The notes: generated from the letters alone by a model not told the origin. Counted from the first letter of the stretch, positions 10,366 through 21,034 are shown. The stretch: DNA of 29,460 nt from Tolypothrix carrinoi HA7290-LM1 (GCA_019358935.1 JAHHIK010000099.1:1-29460); one strand, 5' to 3'. Numbers and translations are program-made.

Positions 10366-10395
10366 GAAGAGACGTTCGATCCAGAACGTCTCTAC
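10366..10395. repeat. REP-like palindrome (GTAGAGACG family)
   Basis: gaagagacgttcgatccagaacgtctctac. Confidence 0.65.
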
Positions 10396-10577
10396 TAGTG
10401 AGGTAAGTTTTGTGGATTGAAAGATTAAATTTTGTCAGAAAAATTAAAAGCGCAAAAATTTCTAGTTGGTTTCAGCTTTAATATCGCCAACTTCAAGCAG
10501 GAATTTGAAGCGCAGTTAAACTAGCGTTTCTAAATCCTCTCTTAGTTGGCTTGCCTTTAGAATGAACATCGCCCTGC

Positions 10578-13097
10578 TTAAGAATACACTTGGGCAATGG
10601 TGATGATTTTTTCATCGCGGTTAAGCTGGAGAACGCTTTCACCGGTAGCATCTCTGCCTAACAAAGGCACTGTTTCTACACTAAGACGCACTACCCGCTC
10701 TCGATTTGTTACCAGCGCTACTTCAGAAGAAGCGATCGCCATTACCATACCAGCTAGGTTGTCAGTTTTACTTTTAAACTTCAGCGCTTGCGTACCCAAA
10801 TCGCCGCGATTAGCTAGTTTGAAATCTTTCACTGGTATTCGTTTGGCATATCCTTCTTGAGTAACCAACAACAAATTACAATCCTTGGCAAATGTTACAC
10901 AGCCGACCATTTGCTGATGTTTCAACAGCCGTAATGCTTGCAACCCGACAGCAGTACGACCCATAATCGCTAATTGTTCATCATTTACCGGAAACCGCAA
11001 CAATCGCCCACCGGAACTGGCAACAATTAGATGTTCTCCAGGAGTAGTGAATTGGCTAAATAACAATTCATCATCGTCTTTTAGCTTTAAAATTGTAATT
11101 CCGCGACGAGTCAGGTTAGTAAATTCCCCTAGGGAAAGGCGCTTAATTCGTGCCTGCTTTGTCAAAAGAATCATTTGCGAGGTTTCGGCGTTTTCTGGCA
11201 GTACAAAGCGGTTGATAACAGCTTCTTGAGAGCCTTGAGCGGTACTACTGAGCATGGTTATCAGCGGTTTTCCCCGTGGAGAACGTCCAGTAGTTGGGGG
11301 AATATCTCCTACGTTCACAGGGTAGACTTTACCACCACTAGTTAACACCATTAACTCTTTGTCTGTATCAGTCACTGCTGTTTGGATAATGAAGTCATTA
11401 TCTGACAAACCGTTGTCAGCTTTCGGCTTTTTAGCTGATGGCTGAGTACGGCGCACATACCCCCGCTGGCTAAACTCTAAAACAACTTCTTCTACAGGTT
11501 CTTCGGATTTTGGATTTTCGATTTTGGATTTTAAATTTTCCTCTTTGTCTCCTTGTCTCCTTGTCTGGTTGTCTTCTTGCCCCTTTGTCTGGGTATCAAG
11601 AGCCAAAAGTTTGGTACGACGAGCATCGCTGTACTTGCGCTTGAGAGTACGCAAGTCTTTTTTCAGCGCTTTGAGTAACTCTTTTCTGTCGTTAAGCAAC
11701 CGTTGTAATAATTCAATTTCCTCAGCTAATTGCTCAAACTCCCGCTGTAAGTTTTGCTGTTCTAAACTGGTGAGACGCCGCAACGGCATAGCTAAAATCG
11801 CATCTGCTTGGACTTCAGTCAAATCGAGCAGGCTACACAGATCGATTTTTGCGCTAGCACCATCAGCCGCTTGCCGCAAAATCTCAATTACATCATCTAA
11901 GTTAGATAGTGCTTTGAGCAAGCCTTCAAGCAAATGTAGGCGATTTTGTGCTTTTTCTAACTCGTGGGTGTAACGCCGATTAAGAGTCTGTTCGCGGAAA
12001 CTTAAAAATTCCTGCAACAAATGACGCAAACTAAGCTGGCGAGGTTGTCCATCAACGATCGCTAAAAGAATTGCCCCAAAATTAGTTTGCAGAGCGGTTT
12101 GGTGATATAAATGCCCAAGAACATCTTGGGGATTAGTATCGCGTTTGAGTTCAATGACGACGCGCATACCTTCGCGATCGCTTTCATCCCGCAGATCGGA
12201 AATTCCTTGCAAGCGACCTTGATTGACTAATTCCGCTACTTTCTCAATCCAAGCTGCCTTATTCACTTGATAAGGCAATTCCGTAATGATAATTGCTGTT
12301 CGCCGTTTGCTACCCCTAACAGGTGCAATTTCCTCTATTTGGGCAACTCCTCGCAGCACAATACCACCCTTACCTGTGCTGTATGCCTCGCGAATGCCAG
12401 CATCACCAATGATTTCCCCACCGGTGGGAAAATCTGGACCCGGAATTAGCTGAAATAATTTTTCATCACTTAGATCGGGATTGTCGATTAAGGCAATTAA
12501 CCCATCAACTACTTCCCCTAAGTTGTGCGGTGGAATATTTGTTGCCATCCCTACGGCAATACCCGCACAGCCATTTAGCAACAAGAACGGCAACTGCGCT
12601 GGTAACACTGTTGGTTCTTGCTGGGAATTATCGAAGTTACCGATAAATTCCACCGTTTCTTCACCAATTTCTGTCAGCATTCCCTCATGGCTAATGGCTG
12701 CAAGGCGCGTTTCTGTGTAGCGCATCGCTGCGGGTGGGTCGTTATCCACACTGCCAAAGTTGCCATGTCCTGCCAATAACGGATACCGACTAGAAAAATC
12801 CTGCACCAACCGAACCAAAGCGTCATAAACCGATTGGTCGCCGTGGGGATGATATTTACCCAGTACGTCTCCGACTACACGAGCGCACTTACGATAGGGT
12901 CTGTCAGGGGTTAAACCGAGTTCGTGCATCGCATACAAAATGCGCCGATGCACTGGTTTTAAGCCATCACGCACGTCTGGTAACGCCCGCCCGACAATCA
13001 CACTCATGGCATATTCAAGGTAAGACCGTTGCATCTCCGTGTGCAGGGCTGTGGTGATTACCTGTCCCGTTGGGAGAAGATTTAACTGTTTTGCCAT
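10578..13097 (-). CDS. gyrA: Type IIA topoisomerase subunit A (GyrA paralogue, ParC-like, no evident GyrA-box)
   Basis: Motifs [22 protein letters not shown] and AAMRYTE (catalytic Tyr), plus beta-pinwheel repeats. Likely start MAKQLNLL at 13097. Confidence 0.9.
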   Translation of the reverse strand: MAKQLNLLPTGQVITTALHTEMQRSYLEYAMSVIVGRALPDVRDGLKPVHRRILYAMHELGLTPDRPYRKCARVVGDVLGKYHPHGDQSVYDALVRLVQDFSSRYPLLAGHGNFGSVDNDPPAAMRYTETRLAAISHEGMLTEIGEETVEFIGNFDNSQQEPTVLPAQLPFLLLNGCAGIAVGMATNIPPHNLGEVVDGLIALIDNPDLSDEKLFQLIPGPDFPTGGEIIGDAGIREAYSTGKGGIVLRGVAQIEEIAPVRGSKRRTAIIITELPYQVNKAAWIEKVAELVNQGRLQGISDLRDESDREGMRVVIELKRDTNPQDVLGHLYHQTALQTNFGAILLAIVDGQPRQLSLRHLLQEFLSFREQTLNRRYTHELEKAQNRLHLLEGLLKALSNLDDVIEILRQAADGASAKIDLCSLLDLTEVQADAILAMPLRRLTSLEQQNLQREFEQLAEEIELLQRLLNDRKELLKALKKDLRTLKRKYSDARRTKLLALDTQTKGQEDNQTRRQGDKEENLKSKIENPKSEEPVEEVVLEFSQRGYVRRTQPSAKKPKADNGLSDNDFIIQTAVTDTDKELMVLTSGGKVYPVNVGDIPPTTGRSPRGKPLITMLSSTAQGSQEAVINRFVLPENAETSQMILLTKQARIKRLSLGEFTNLTRRGITILKLKDDDELLFSQFTTPGEHLIVASSGGRLLRFPVNDEQLAIMGRTAVGLQALRLLKHQQMVGCVTFAKDCNLLLVTQEGYAKRIPVKDFKLANRGDLGTQALKFKSKTDNLAGMVMAIASSEVALVTNRERVVRLSVETVPLLGRDATGESVLQLNRDEKIITIAQVYS

Positions 13098-13326
13098 GAG
13101 TTTTTTCCCTGAATTTTCACTACACAAAAATCTCTATAAATGAACACAGCAGCAACCACAGCATAACGGATGAAATGAAATCAAACACAAAATCTTGACA
13201 CTCATAAGGCAAAAATCAGTAGTATTATCGGTCATACGACGGAGATACACATTGATTTTTTTAAACTAGACAGACAACTGTTTTGTTCGACGTGGTAAGT
13301 TCCCTCACCCTATAAGTTAAATTCTC

Positions 13327-13731
13327 ATGAAAACTGTTTTGATTGTCGAAGACGATCTGATTAATGCTCGTGTTTTTTCCAAAATTTTGACCAAGCGCGG
13401 TGGCTTGGAGGTGAAACATACTGAAAATGTGGAAGAGGTAATGAAAATTGCCTCTTCCGGTGAAGCAGACATTATTTTGATGGATGTTTCTCTCTCAAGA
13501 AGTGTTTACCAAGGTAAGTCTGTTGATGGTATCAAGATTACACAAATGTTGAAATCAGATCCACAAACAGCAAATTTACCTGTTATTTTGGTAACGGCAC
13601 ACGCGATGGAAGGCGATCGCGAGAACTTTCTCAAGCAAAGCGGTGCTGATGGTTACATCTCTAAACCAGTTGTTGACCATCAACAGTTTGTTGATCAAAT
13701 CATCGCACTGCTACCCAAACAAGACAATTGA
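13327..13731 (+). CDS. Single-domain response regulator (CheY/DivK-like)
   Basis: Motifs VLIVEDD, IILMDV, VTAHAM and YISKP. Confidence 0.93.
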   Translation: MKTVLIVEDDLINARVFSKILTKRGGLEVKHTENVEEVMKIASSGEADIILMDVSLSRSVYQGKSVDGIKITQMLKSDPQTANLPVILVTAHAMEGDRENFLKQSGADGYISKPVVDHQQFVDQIIALLPKQDN

Positions 13732-13748
13732 CAATTTATTTAGTAACT

Positions 13749-13773
13749 GTCGCCCGTCAATATGTTGGGCGAC
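13749..13773 (+). terminator. Hairpin after the response regulator
   Basis: GTCGCCC...GGGCGAC followed by a T-rich tract. Confidence 0.5.
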
Positions 13774-13829
13774 TGTTTACTTTTCACACTTTAGTATATA
13801 TGTACTGTTAAATGGTGCTTTTAAGCAAG

Positions 13830-14002
13830 GGGGGATTGGGAGTGGAGGAGTGGGGGAGTGGGGGAGTGGGGAAGTGGGGGCGTGGGGGAAGGTGAGGGAG
13901 ATAAGGAATAAATTCTTTTTTGTCCTCCTTGTCCTCCTTGTCCTCCTTGTCCCCCCCTCTCCTTGTCCCCCCCTCTCCTTGTCCCCCCCTCTCCCCCTCC
14001 TC
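13830..14002. repeat. STRR-like purine/pyrimidine tracts (GGGGAGTG)n and (CTTGTCCTC)n
   Basis: Read directly from the sequence. Confidence 0.85.
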
Positions 14003-14881
14003 TTATTGCGGCTGTCTATTGACTGACGGGGTTTGCTTTGGCTGGCGGGCAGCTTGAATGCGAGGTAATTCGAGGAATTTCTTCGTATCAGCGATCAAGC
14101 GATCGCCCCAGAGATTCTCCTTCAGGAAAGTCAAATCACCATAGCGCTCGTCGATTCGCATTGCAGCTTCTCCCATTGCCAAACCAGAAGCGCGATCGCC
14201 TTTAGTATACAGTGCCACTGCCAATGCTAATAAAGGTTCTGCGGCTTGTTTTTCTAGGGCAACTGCCGTTTGCCATTGCTTGATTGCGCCGGGGATATTG
14301 CCCTGTTCGTAGTTAATTAACCCGACGTTGTTAATCGCGGGCCAGAATTTTTTGTCAGCGGCTACTGCTTTATTGTATTGGGCGATCGCTTCTGGAAATC
14401 TACTCAGCTTATAGTAGGCATTCCCTAAATCAAACAATCCCTCTGAGTCATTGGGTTTTAACTTCAAACCCGCTTGATAATACTCAGCCGCAGCTTGGTA
14501 CTTTTGCTGCTGAAAATTAGCTGAACCCAAAGCAAACTGAACGTCAGCATTCTTCGGGTTGAGAGATTGTGCCTTATTTAAAGCAGCGATCGCTGTATCC
14601 AACTGCTTGTTTTGCAAATACAAGCCACCTAAGAGAAACCATACTTTATCATTCTTAGGAGCGAGTTGAGATGCCAACTTTGCTCGTGGTAAAGCCATTT
14701 CCATCTGTTGAAACTGCGCTAGTTGAGCCGCTTCTTGCGCCAGACTCAACCCCTGCTGCTCCAATTTAGATGTATCAAGTTGCAGTGTATGAGGAATCAA
14801 TGCCTGTGCATGAGCTTTATAAGGCAAACTCCAGAAACTACAGGCAATTAAAAGCGAAATTAATCGAACTAATTTGGGCAC
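14003..14881 (-). CDS. Secreted TPR-repeat protein
   Basis: Signal peptide ending AHA-Q, with multiple TPR motifs (e.g. LFDLGNAYYKLSRFPEAIAQYNKA). Confidence 0.9.
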   Translation of the reverse strand: MPKLVRLISLLIACSFWSLPYKAHAQALIPHTLQLDTSKLEQQGLSLAQEAAQLAQFQQMEMALPRAKLASQLAPKNDKVWFLLGGLYLQNKQLDTAIAALNKAQSLNPKNADVQFALGSANFQQQKYQAAAEYYQAGLKLKPNDSEGLFDLGNAYYKLSRFPEAIAQYNKAVAADKKFWPAINNVGLINYEQGNIPGAIKQWQTAVALEKQAAEPLLALAVALYTKGDRASGLAMGEAAMRIDERYGDLTFLKENLWGDRLIADTKKFLELPRIQAARQPKQTPSVNRQPQ

Positions 14882-14967
14882 ACTAACGCCTCTTAACCAT
14901 AAATCTAAAGATTCTTTCAGCTAGCTTAAACGATCTAAGCTCTGAGCGACAGCTAAATTTTGGATTA

Positions 14968-15180
14968 GGGCATTGGGCATTGGTAATTGGGCATTGGGCA
15001 TTGGGCATTGGGCATTGGGCATTGGGCATTGGGAAAAAAGAATTATTTGCCTTTCCTGTACTCCCCCTTGTCTCCCTTGTCCACGCCAGATGCTTCAAGT
15101 CTTTTGACCGAACGCACTGGCTCCCCTTGTCTCCCTTGTCTCCCTTGTCTCCTTGTCCCCCAGTCCCCATGCCCCAGTCT
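14968..15180. repeat. STRR (GGGCATT)n, (CCCTTGTCT)n and an SDR copy at 15084-15124
   Basis: Read directly: cgccagatgcttcaagtc...cgcactggctcc. Confidence 0.85.
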
Positions 15181-15460
15181 CCAGACTGATTACTCATGAC
15201 TAAAGTCACCCGTTCAGGTGAAGTGATTTGTAAGTACATAAGGTTACTATGATAAAAAACTTAAGTTAATGTAAATTATCTTTTATCTGACGAAATCACG
15301 GAATCTCGATTTGCCGCACCACAGACAATTAATCTTGCCTAAGACAAAGAGCTGAAAATTACCGTTATACAACTTTTGATTGGTAACTTCCTCAAGTTGT
15401 TGAAGCGCTTATCAACCGCCAAAGAAAGCATCAATTTTTACAGGCTGCTATACACTCCTT

Positions 15461-16918
15461 ATGCAAATAGAAGTCCCCGTATTTGGTAAAGTAAAGAATC
15501 CATTCCGCTGGCTGATTGGGCTGATGGCTGCTGGTGTGGTGGTTGTTGGCGCAACGACGACATACACCTTTGTAAATCAGGGTACACGCAAAGAGGATAT
15601 TACGCAACTAACTGTGCCAGTGGAAGCGAAAAACGTCACTTTGCGGATTACGACTAGTGGTAAGGTTGTACCAGTTCAAAGCGTGAATATTAGCCCGAAA
15701 AATCCGGGAACCTTAAAACAATTGTATGTTGAGCAAGGCGATCGCGTCCAAGCAGGACAAATTCTTGCCCGGATGGATAGTGCAGACATTGAAGCAAGAA
15801 TCCTGCAATTTCGCGCTTCTTTAGCTCAATCTCAGGCTCAGTTAGCCGAAGCACAAGCCGGAAGTCGTCCTCAAGAAATCGATCAATCGAAAGCGCGTTT
15901 ATCACAAGCCCAAGCGCAATTAGCCCAAGCACAAGCGGGAAATCGTCCTCAAGAAATTGCTCAAGCTCAAGCTTTGGTAGATGCAGCTCAAGCAAAGGCG
16001 AATTACAGCAGCGAACAAGTCAAGCGTTACCAATATTTATATCAGCAGGGAGCAGTTCAAAAACAAGAATTAGATCAATTTATCAGCGAAGATAAAAGCG
16101 CGAAAGCGAACTTGCTTGAAGCACAAAAGCGATTATCGCTGCAACAAGCTGGTAGCCGTTCTGAAGAAATCGCTCAACGCAAAGCCGCAGTAGAAGAAGC
16201 AAAAGCGCAGTTGCGGTTGTTGGAAAATGGCACCCGTCCGGAAGTAATTAATCAGCGTAAAGCAGGTGTGGCATCAGCGCAGGCTCAATTGAAGGCGGAG
16301 CAAGTTAATTTAGAAGAAACGATTATCCGCGCACCTTTTGCGGGAATTGTCACCCAGAAGTATGCTAACATCGGCGCGTTTGTCACCCCAACAACTTCTG
16401 CCTCAAGTAGTGCCTCAGCAACTTCTAGTTCAATTGTCGCTGTCGCACGCGGTTTAGAAGTGCTAGCGCAAGTCCCAGAAGCTGATATCGGCAGAATTAA
16501 ACAGGGACAATCAGTGGAAATTGTCGCCGATGCTTATCCAGATCAAGTTTTTAAAGGACGTGTACGCCTAATTTCTCCAGAAGCAGTAGTAGAACAAGGT
16601 GTAACATCCTTTCAAATACGAGTTGCATTGGATACGGGCGCAGATAAATTGCGTTCTGGCTTAAATGTCGATTTGACGTTTTTAGGCGATCGCTTGTCAA
16701 ATGCTCTCGTATTACCGACAGTGGCAATTGTTACCGAAAAAGGTCAAACCGGTGTGTTAATCCCAGACGCGAAAAATAAACCCCAGTTTCGCGCAGTCAC
16801 AATCGGTTCGCAAATCAAAGACCAAACTCAGATTTTAGAGGGAGTTAAAGCAGGCGATCGCGTCTTTATTAACCCTCCGAAAGAATACAAAATCGAACAA
16901 AAGAGGGGGAATGGGTAA
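15461..16918 (+). CDS. Efflux periplasmic adaptor (MacA/HlyD family)
   Basis: N-terminal TM, lipoyl halves LYVEQGDRVQAGQ and IRAPFAGIV, and a long coiled coil. Confidence 0.93.
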   Translation: MQIEVPVFGKVKNPFRWLIGLMAAGVVVVGATTTYTFVNQGTRKEDITQLTVPVEAKNVTLRITTSGKVVPVQSVNISPKNPGTLKQLYVEQGDRVQAGQILARMDSADIEARILQFRASLAQSQAQLAEAQAGSRPQEIDQSKARLSQAQAQLAQAQAGNRPQEIAQAQALVDAAQAKANYSSEQVKRYQYLYQQGAVQKQELDQFISEDKSAKANLLEAQKRLSLQQAGSRSEEIAQRKAAVEEAKAQLRLLENGTRPEVINQRKAGVASAQAQLKAEQVNLEETIIRAPFAGIVTQKYANIGAFVTPTTSASSSASATSSSIVAVARGLEVLAQVPEADIGRIKQGQSVEIVADAYPDQVFKGRVRLISPEAVVEQGVTSFQIRVALDTGADKLRSGLNVDLTFLGDRLSNALVLPTVAIVTEKGQTGVLIPDAKNKPQFRAVTIGSQIKDQTQILEGVKAGDRVFINPPKEYKIEQKRGNG

Positions 16919-17197
16919 TGGGTAATGGGTAATTGGGAATGGGGAATGGGGCATGGGGACAAGGAGGACAAGGAGGACAAGGAGGACAAGGAGGACGACT
17001 TGGGGACAATTTGTTTGTATTACCAATTACCAATTAGCACATTCCCAATGCCCATTGCCCATTGCCCATTGACGGCAGATGCTCCACTTGGGGAGCCACC
17101 CCCGTGGGCGGGTTTCCCGACTTGAGGGGAGTGGCGTGAGACCCCAAGACCGCACTGCCTCCCCAATGCCCATTGCCCAATTCCCAATTCCTAATTC
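16907..17197. repeat. STRR tracts with a nested SDR element (17073-17164)
   Basis: (ATGGGTA/ATGGGGA)n, (GGACAAGGA)n, (CCCATTG)n and cggcagatgctcc...ccccaagaccgcactgcct. Confidence 0.8.
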
Positions 17198-17199
17198 TC

Positions 17200-18417
17200 A
17201 TGAACATTCTCGAAAGTGTCAAAATGGCAGGGACAACTCTGCTGTCAAATAAGTTACGTAGTGTCTTGACAATGTTAGGTATTGTCATCGGTAACGCCTC
17301 GGTAATTGCGATGATTGGCATCGGGCAAGGTGGACAGAAGTTCGTTAATAAAGAGCTCGAGTCGTTGGGACCGAACGTGTTATTTGTAATTCCCGGTAAT
17401 CAAGAAACTCAGCGCATTTCCAATGAATTGCCAAAAACTCTAATTTTAGAAGATGCAGAAGCGATCGCTTCTCAAGTCCCAACTGTAGCAGCTGTGACGG
17501 CGGAGTTAAACAGCAGGCAGGTGGTAACTTACCGCAACCGCAACACCGATGTCAACATTATCGGTACGACTCCTTCGTTTTTGGTGGTGCGCGATTTTGA
17601 AACGGCTTTAGGACGGTTTTTCACCGACATAGACATGAAGCGCAGCAACCAAGTTGTTGTGTTGGGTGCTGATTTGGCAGAAAAACTCTTTGGTAATGCT
17701 AACCCCATCGGGCAGCAAATGCGAATCAAAAATGCCAGCTTTCAAGTAATTGGAGTGCTAGCAGCTAAAGGTTCGAGTGTAGGTGCAGATTACGATGAAG
17801 CAGCATTAACACCCGTCACCACCTCAGCAAATCGCTTGGTGGGGAAGACTTCTCCTTATGGATTGGAGGTAACTTATATCGTCGCTTCAGCGAAGAATTC
17901 AGACAGTGTAGATGCAGCAGAGTTTCAAATTACTAACTTGCTGCGACTGCGACACAAAATAATTAACGAAGATGATTTTACCATCCGCGCTCAAAAGGAT
18001 GCACTGCAAACCGTCGGTCAAATTACTGGTGCGTTAACAATTATGCTAGCAGCGATCTCCAGCATTTCCTTAGTCGTCGGTGGTATTGGCATCATGAATA
18101 TTATGCTTGTTTCCGTCACCGAACGCACTCAAGAAATCGGATTGCGAAAAGCGATCGGCGCAACTCAACAAGATATCCTGCTACAGTTCATGATTGAGGC
18201 AGTAATTCTCTCAGCCGCTGGTGGCTTAATTGGCACTGGAATTGGTATCGGTGGCATTATGCTAGTAGGTGCGCTGACTCCTTTAGAAGCGTCAATTTCT
18301 CCGGTAGCGATCGCTCTTGCCGTTGGCGTTTCTGGTGGTATCGGTTTATTCTTTGGTGTTGTCCCCGCACGTCGCGCTGCTAAACTCGATCCGATTGTCG
18401 CGCTACGTAGTGCTTAG
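17200..18417 (+). CDS. ABC transporter permease (MacB/FtsX family)
   Basis: Motifs NKLRSVLTMLGIVIG, GGIGIMNIMLVSVTERTQEIGLRKAIGA and PARRAAKLDPI. ATG at 17200. Confidence 0.95.
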   Translation: MNILESVKMAGTTLLSNKLRSVLTMLGIVIGNASVIAMIGIGQGGQKFVNKELESLGPNVLFVIPGNQETQRISNELPKTLILEDAEAIASQVPTVAAVTAELNSRQVVTYRNRNTDVNIIGTTPSFLVVRDFETALGRFFTDIDMKRSNQVVVLGADLAEKLFGNANPIGQQMRIKNASFQVIGVLAAKGSSVGADYDEAALTPVTTSANRLVGKTSPYGLEVTYIVASAKNSDSVDAAEFQITNLLRLRHKIINEDDFTIRAQKDALQTVGQITGALTIMLAAISSISLVVGGIGIMNIMLVSVTERTQEIGLRKAIGATQQDILLQFMIEAVILSAAGGLIGTGIGIGGIMLVGALTPLEASISPVAIALAVGVSGGIGLFFGVVPARRAAKLDPIVALRSA

Positions 18418-18467
18418 GCTAATGGCAAGATGGAGAGATTGGCAGACAAAGGTAAATTTGGAAATTT

Positions 18468-18729
18468 GAAGTTTCGTGTTCTGAACTCGAAGTTCCGTGT
18501 TCTGAACTCGAAGTTTCATGTTCTGAACTCGAAGTTTCAGCCTTTGAACTCGAAGTTTCAGCCTTTGAACTCGAAGTTTCAGCCTTTGAACTCGAAGTTT
18601 CGTGTTCTGAACTCGAAGTTTCAGCCTTTGAACTCGAAGTTTCGTGTTCTGAACTCGAAGTTTCAGCCTTTGAACACCAACTTTCGTCCTCTGAACTCGA
18701 AGTTTCAGCCTTTGAACTCGAAGTTTCGT
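18468..18729. repeat. 21-bp tandem array, 12 units plus a partial 13th
   Basis: Unit GAAGTTTC-[GTGTTC/AGCCTT/ATGTTC/GTCCTC]-TGAACTC, with no unique spacers. Confidence 0.95.
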
Positions 18730-18754
18730 CACACAAAGAACTTAAATTAGGCTC

Positions 18755-18803
18755 GTAGTAAGCAATGCGCGTGCTTAAAATAAGCGCGAACAGCGCTTAC
18801 TAC
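18755..18803. repeat. GTAG-bounded REP-like inverted repeat
   Basis: gtagtaagc...gcttactac. Confidence 0.6.
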
Positions 18804-18847
18804 AGATTTATATTCACGCTTTAACCTTAACTTTTAAGAAAATCCTT

Positions 18848-19603
18848 ATGGCAAATACTCTTTCAATTACCGATTCCCGTATTCCCAATCCCACTCCTAA
18901 AAGTGCGATTATTCGGATTGAGAATGTCTTTAAAATTTATGGTACTGGCGAAACAGAAGTCAAAGCGCTCAACGATGTCAACCTGATTATAGAACAGGGC
19001 GAATATTGTTCGATTATGGGACCTTCTGGTTCTGGTAAATCCACGGCAATGAATATTATCGGTTGTTTGGATCGCCCGACATCAGGACATTATTATTTAG
19101 ATAACGTTGATGTAGCACAAGTAGATGATGGCGCTTTGGCACATATTCGTAACAAAAAGTTAGGGTTTGTGTTTCAACAATTCCACCTATTACCTCAACT
19201 ATCGGCATTAGAAAATGTAATTTTGCCGATGGTGTATGCGGGTGTGAGTAACAGTGAAAGACGCGATCGCGCAACAGAAGCACTGAAGAGAGTAGGCTTA
19301 GAAAAGCGTCTCCACAACAAACCAACTCAACTATCAGGAGGACAACAACAAAGAGTAGCGATCGCCCGCGCCATTGTCAACCGTCCCGTCGTCCTCTTGG
19401 CTGATGAACCCACCGGCGCACTTGATTCTCGCACAACCCAAGAAGTATTAGATATCTTCAGCGAACTTAACGCTAGTGGTATCACCGTTGTTATGGTAAC
19501 TCATGAGCCAGAAGTTGCCCGCCAAACTCAACGCATAGTTTGGTTTCGTGATGGTCAAGTCGTACACTCCAACATGACACCATCCGACTTAACTCATATG
19601 TAG
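18848..19603 (+). CDS. ABC transporter ATP-binding protein (LolD/MacB type)
   Basis: Motifs [33 protein letters not shown] and VTH. Confidence 0.96.
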   Translation: MANTLSITDSRIPNPTPKSAIIRIENVFKIYGTGETEVKALNDVNLIIEQGEYCSIMGPSGSGKSTAMNIIGCLDRPTSGHYYLDNVDVAQVDDGALAHIRNKKLGFVFQQFHLLPQLSALENVILPMVYAGVSNSERRDRATEALKRVGLEKRLHNKPTQLSGGQQQRVAIARAIVNRPVVLLADEPTGALDSRTTQEVLDIFSELNASGITVVMVTHEPEVARQTQRIVWFRDGQVVHSNMTPSDLTHM

Positions 19604-19653
19604 TCAGCACAAAGCGTGTTTAATAAAATAGGCGCAATTTACGCCTACCACTA

Positions 19654-19791
19654 AGGGACTTCCAATTAAAAAATATCCAATTTGTAGGGTGCGTTAGCGT
19701 GCGAGAGTACGGCACCGCGATAGATGAATAAATACGGTGCGTTACACTTTGTTAACGCACCCTACAAGTATCGGATAATTTAGTTTTTGGA
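19654..19791. mobile_element. REPIN/MITE-like composite inverted repeat
   Basis: TTGTAGGGTGCGTTA (19682-19696) / TAACGCACCCTACAA (19753-19767) inside outer imperfect IRs tccaattaaaaaatatcc / ggataatttagtttttgga. Confidence 0.65.
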
Positions 19792-19814
19792 TTTACTTGC
19801 GTAAGTTCTATTAA

Positions 19815-20345
19815 TTAAAGACTTGACGTTTTACCAGTTTGTGCTTGCGTTTCAATTGGCTTCACATCGGTGTAGCCCATTTCACCGACAATTGTCCGGA
19901 ATATTGACATTTGCTCTTCAAAATCAAGCCCTTCTGTTTGGGAAACCAAATTATTAATTGGCTCACTTGCTTTGTAATTTTCTGGCATCCCAATTATTTT
20001 TTTCTCATCCATACCAATTGCCCAAGCATACCAAACTAATAGCTGATTATTTTCTTTTAACGCGCCATAAATCCGAGAATATTCTGTGTCTTGACGATTC
20101 ACAAGTTCCCGCATAATGTTTAATTGCTGCTCATCAGACAATTCATAAAAATCTGCTAGCAGCTTCGGTGCTAGTTCTGGTTCCGCAGCAGCCGGTGCAG
20201 CAGGAGTAACTGAACTACCCATTTTTTTATAAACCAAATAAAACCAAACTAATTTGGCATCAGTATCGAGCTTATTAAACGCCTCTACCAGTTTGTGAGT
20301 TCTATCGCCTAATGCTTGTTCCGCTTTATTGTCACTTGCAGTCAT
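19815..20345 (-). CDS. Helical carotenoid protein (OCP N-terminal domain-only protein)
   Basis: Motifs D.KLVWFY...MGSSVTPAAPAAA, EQQLNIMRELV, SRIYGAL, and Q.S.FR..V..MG. No C-terminal NTF2 domain. Confidence 0.88.
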   Translation of the reverse strand: MTASDNKAEQALGDRTHKLVEAFNKLDTDAKLVWFYLVYKKMGSSVTPAAPAAAEPELAPKLLADFYELSDEQQLNIMRELVNRQDTEYSRIYGALKENNQLLVWYAWAIGMDEKKIIGMPENYKASEPINNLVSQTEGLDFEEQMSIFRTIVGEMGYTDVKPIETQAQTGKTSSL

Positions 20346-20592
20346 AATTTATCTCCCAGGTTATTTAATCGAATTCAATCTGCGTCAAAAAGTTCAAAGT
20401 AATACTTGTTTAACTGTTGACTATTAACGACTTTGTTATCGACCTCCAAGAGAAAGAGTTTTATAAATTAAATATCGAAACTTTTATCTATCTTTCAATA
20501 GAGGTAAAAATCTATCTATAGATGCCAAGAACATGAGACATCACTTTGTTACGATTACCTCATAAATAGAAAAATTACTTAAGGGGTTAGTT

Positions 20593-20967
20593 ATGCCTGA
20601 TGAAGTGAAGCCCAATGTAGGGGAAGCTCCCACCCAAGACGCACAATTAGCTGCTGAAAACATCGCTAGTGGTGAAGAAAAAGCGCCAACAGTCGATGCG
20701 GAAGCTGATTACAAAGCCGCACAGGAATTAAGCGTCAGTGATGTTGACCGCACAGGTCAAGGTGAAGCAGCTGCCAAAGCTGCAACTGCACCTGAGTTAG
20801 AGGTGCCGAAACAACAAGAAACAAAAACGCAAGCACAGCCAACTGGTAATCCCGATGAATATATGAGTATGGCAAAGGATGTTGGCGATTCCGGAAATGA
20901 AGGTGTAAGCAATGTGAGTGACGACCTAGTAGAAGAAGCTTTGGAAAAGGGTGAATCGGGAAATTAA
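20593..20967 (+). CDS. Acidic hydrophilic hypothetical protein
   Basis: 124-aa E/D/A-rich ORF with RBS AAGGGG, divergent from the HCP gene. Confidence 0.8.
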   Translation: MPDEVKPNVGEAPTQDAQLAAENIASGEEKAPTVDAEADYKAAQELSVSDVDRTGQGEAAAKAATAPELEVPKQQETKTQAQPTGNPDEYMSMAKDVGDSGNEGVSNVSDDLVEEALEKGESGN

Positions 20968-21034
20968 GTTTTTTTAACTGGTAATTGGGAACGCGGTAAT
21001 GGGTAATAAGTTCTATCTAATTACCAAATTACGA

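Noticed and set aside
2019..12720. Antisense or overlapping ORFs inside ftsH3, the aminotransferase, sigA and gyrA
   Set aside because: Shadow frames of strongly conserved genes, with no motifs.
13643..17321. Short low-complexity ORFs (GHWALGI, PMPNAQC, DKEDKE, LLVLLV)
   Set aside because: These are translations of STRR tracts with no coding signature. The same applies at 26513-26734 and 28510-28816.
18468..18729. CRISPR or TIGR-like guide array
   Set aside because: The variable slot is 6 nt and recurs as two main alleles, too little information for guides. The period is 21 bp, not about 36.
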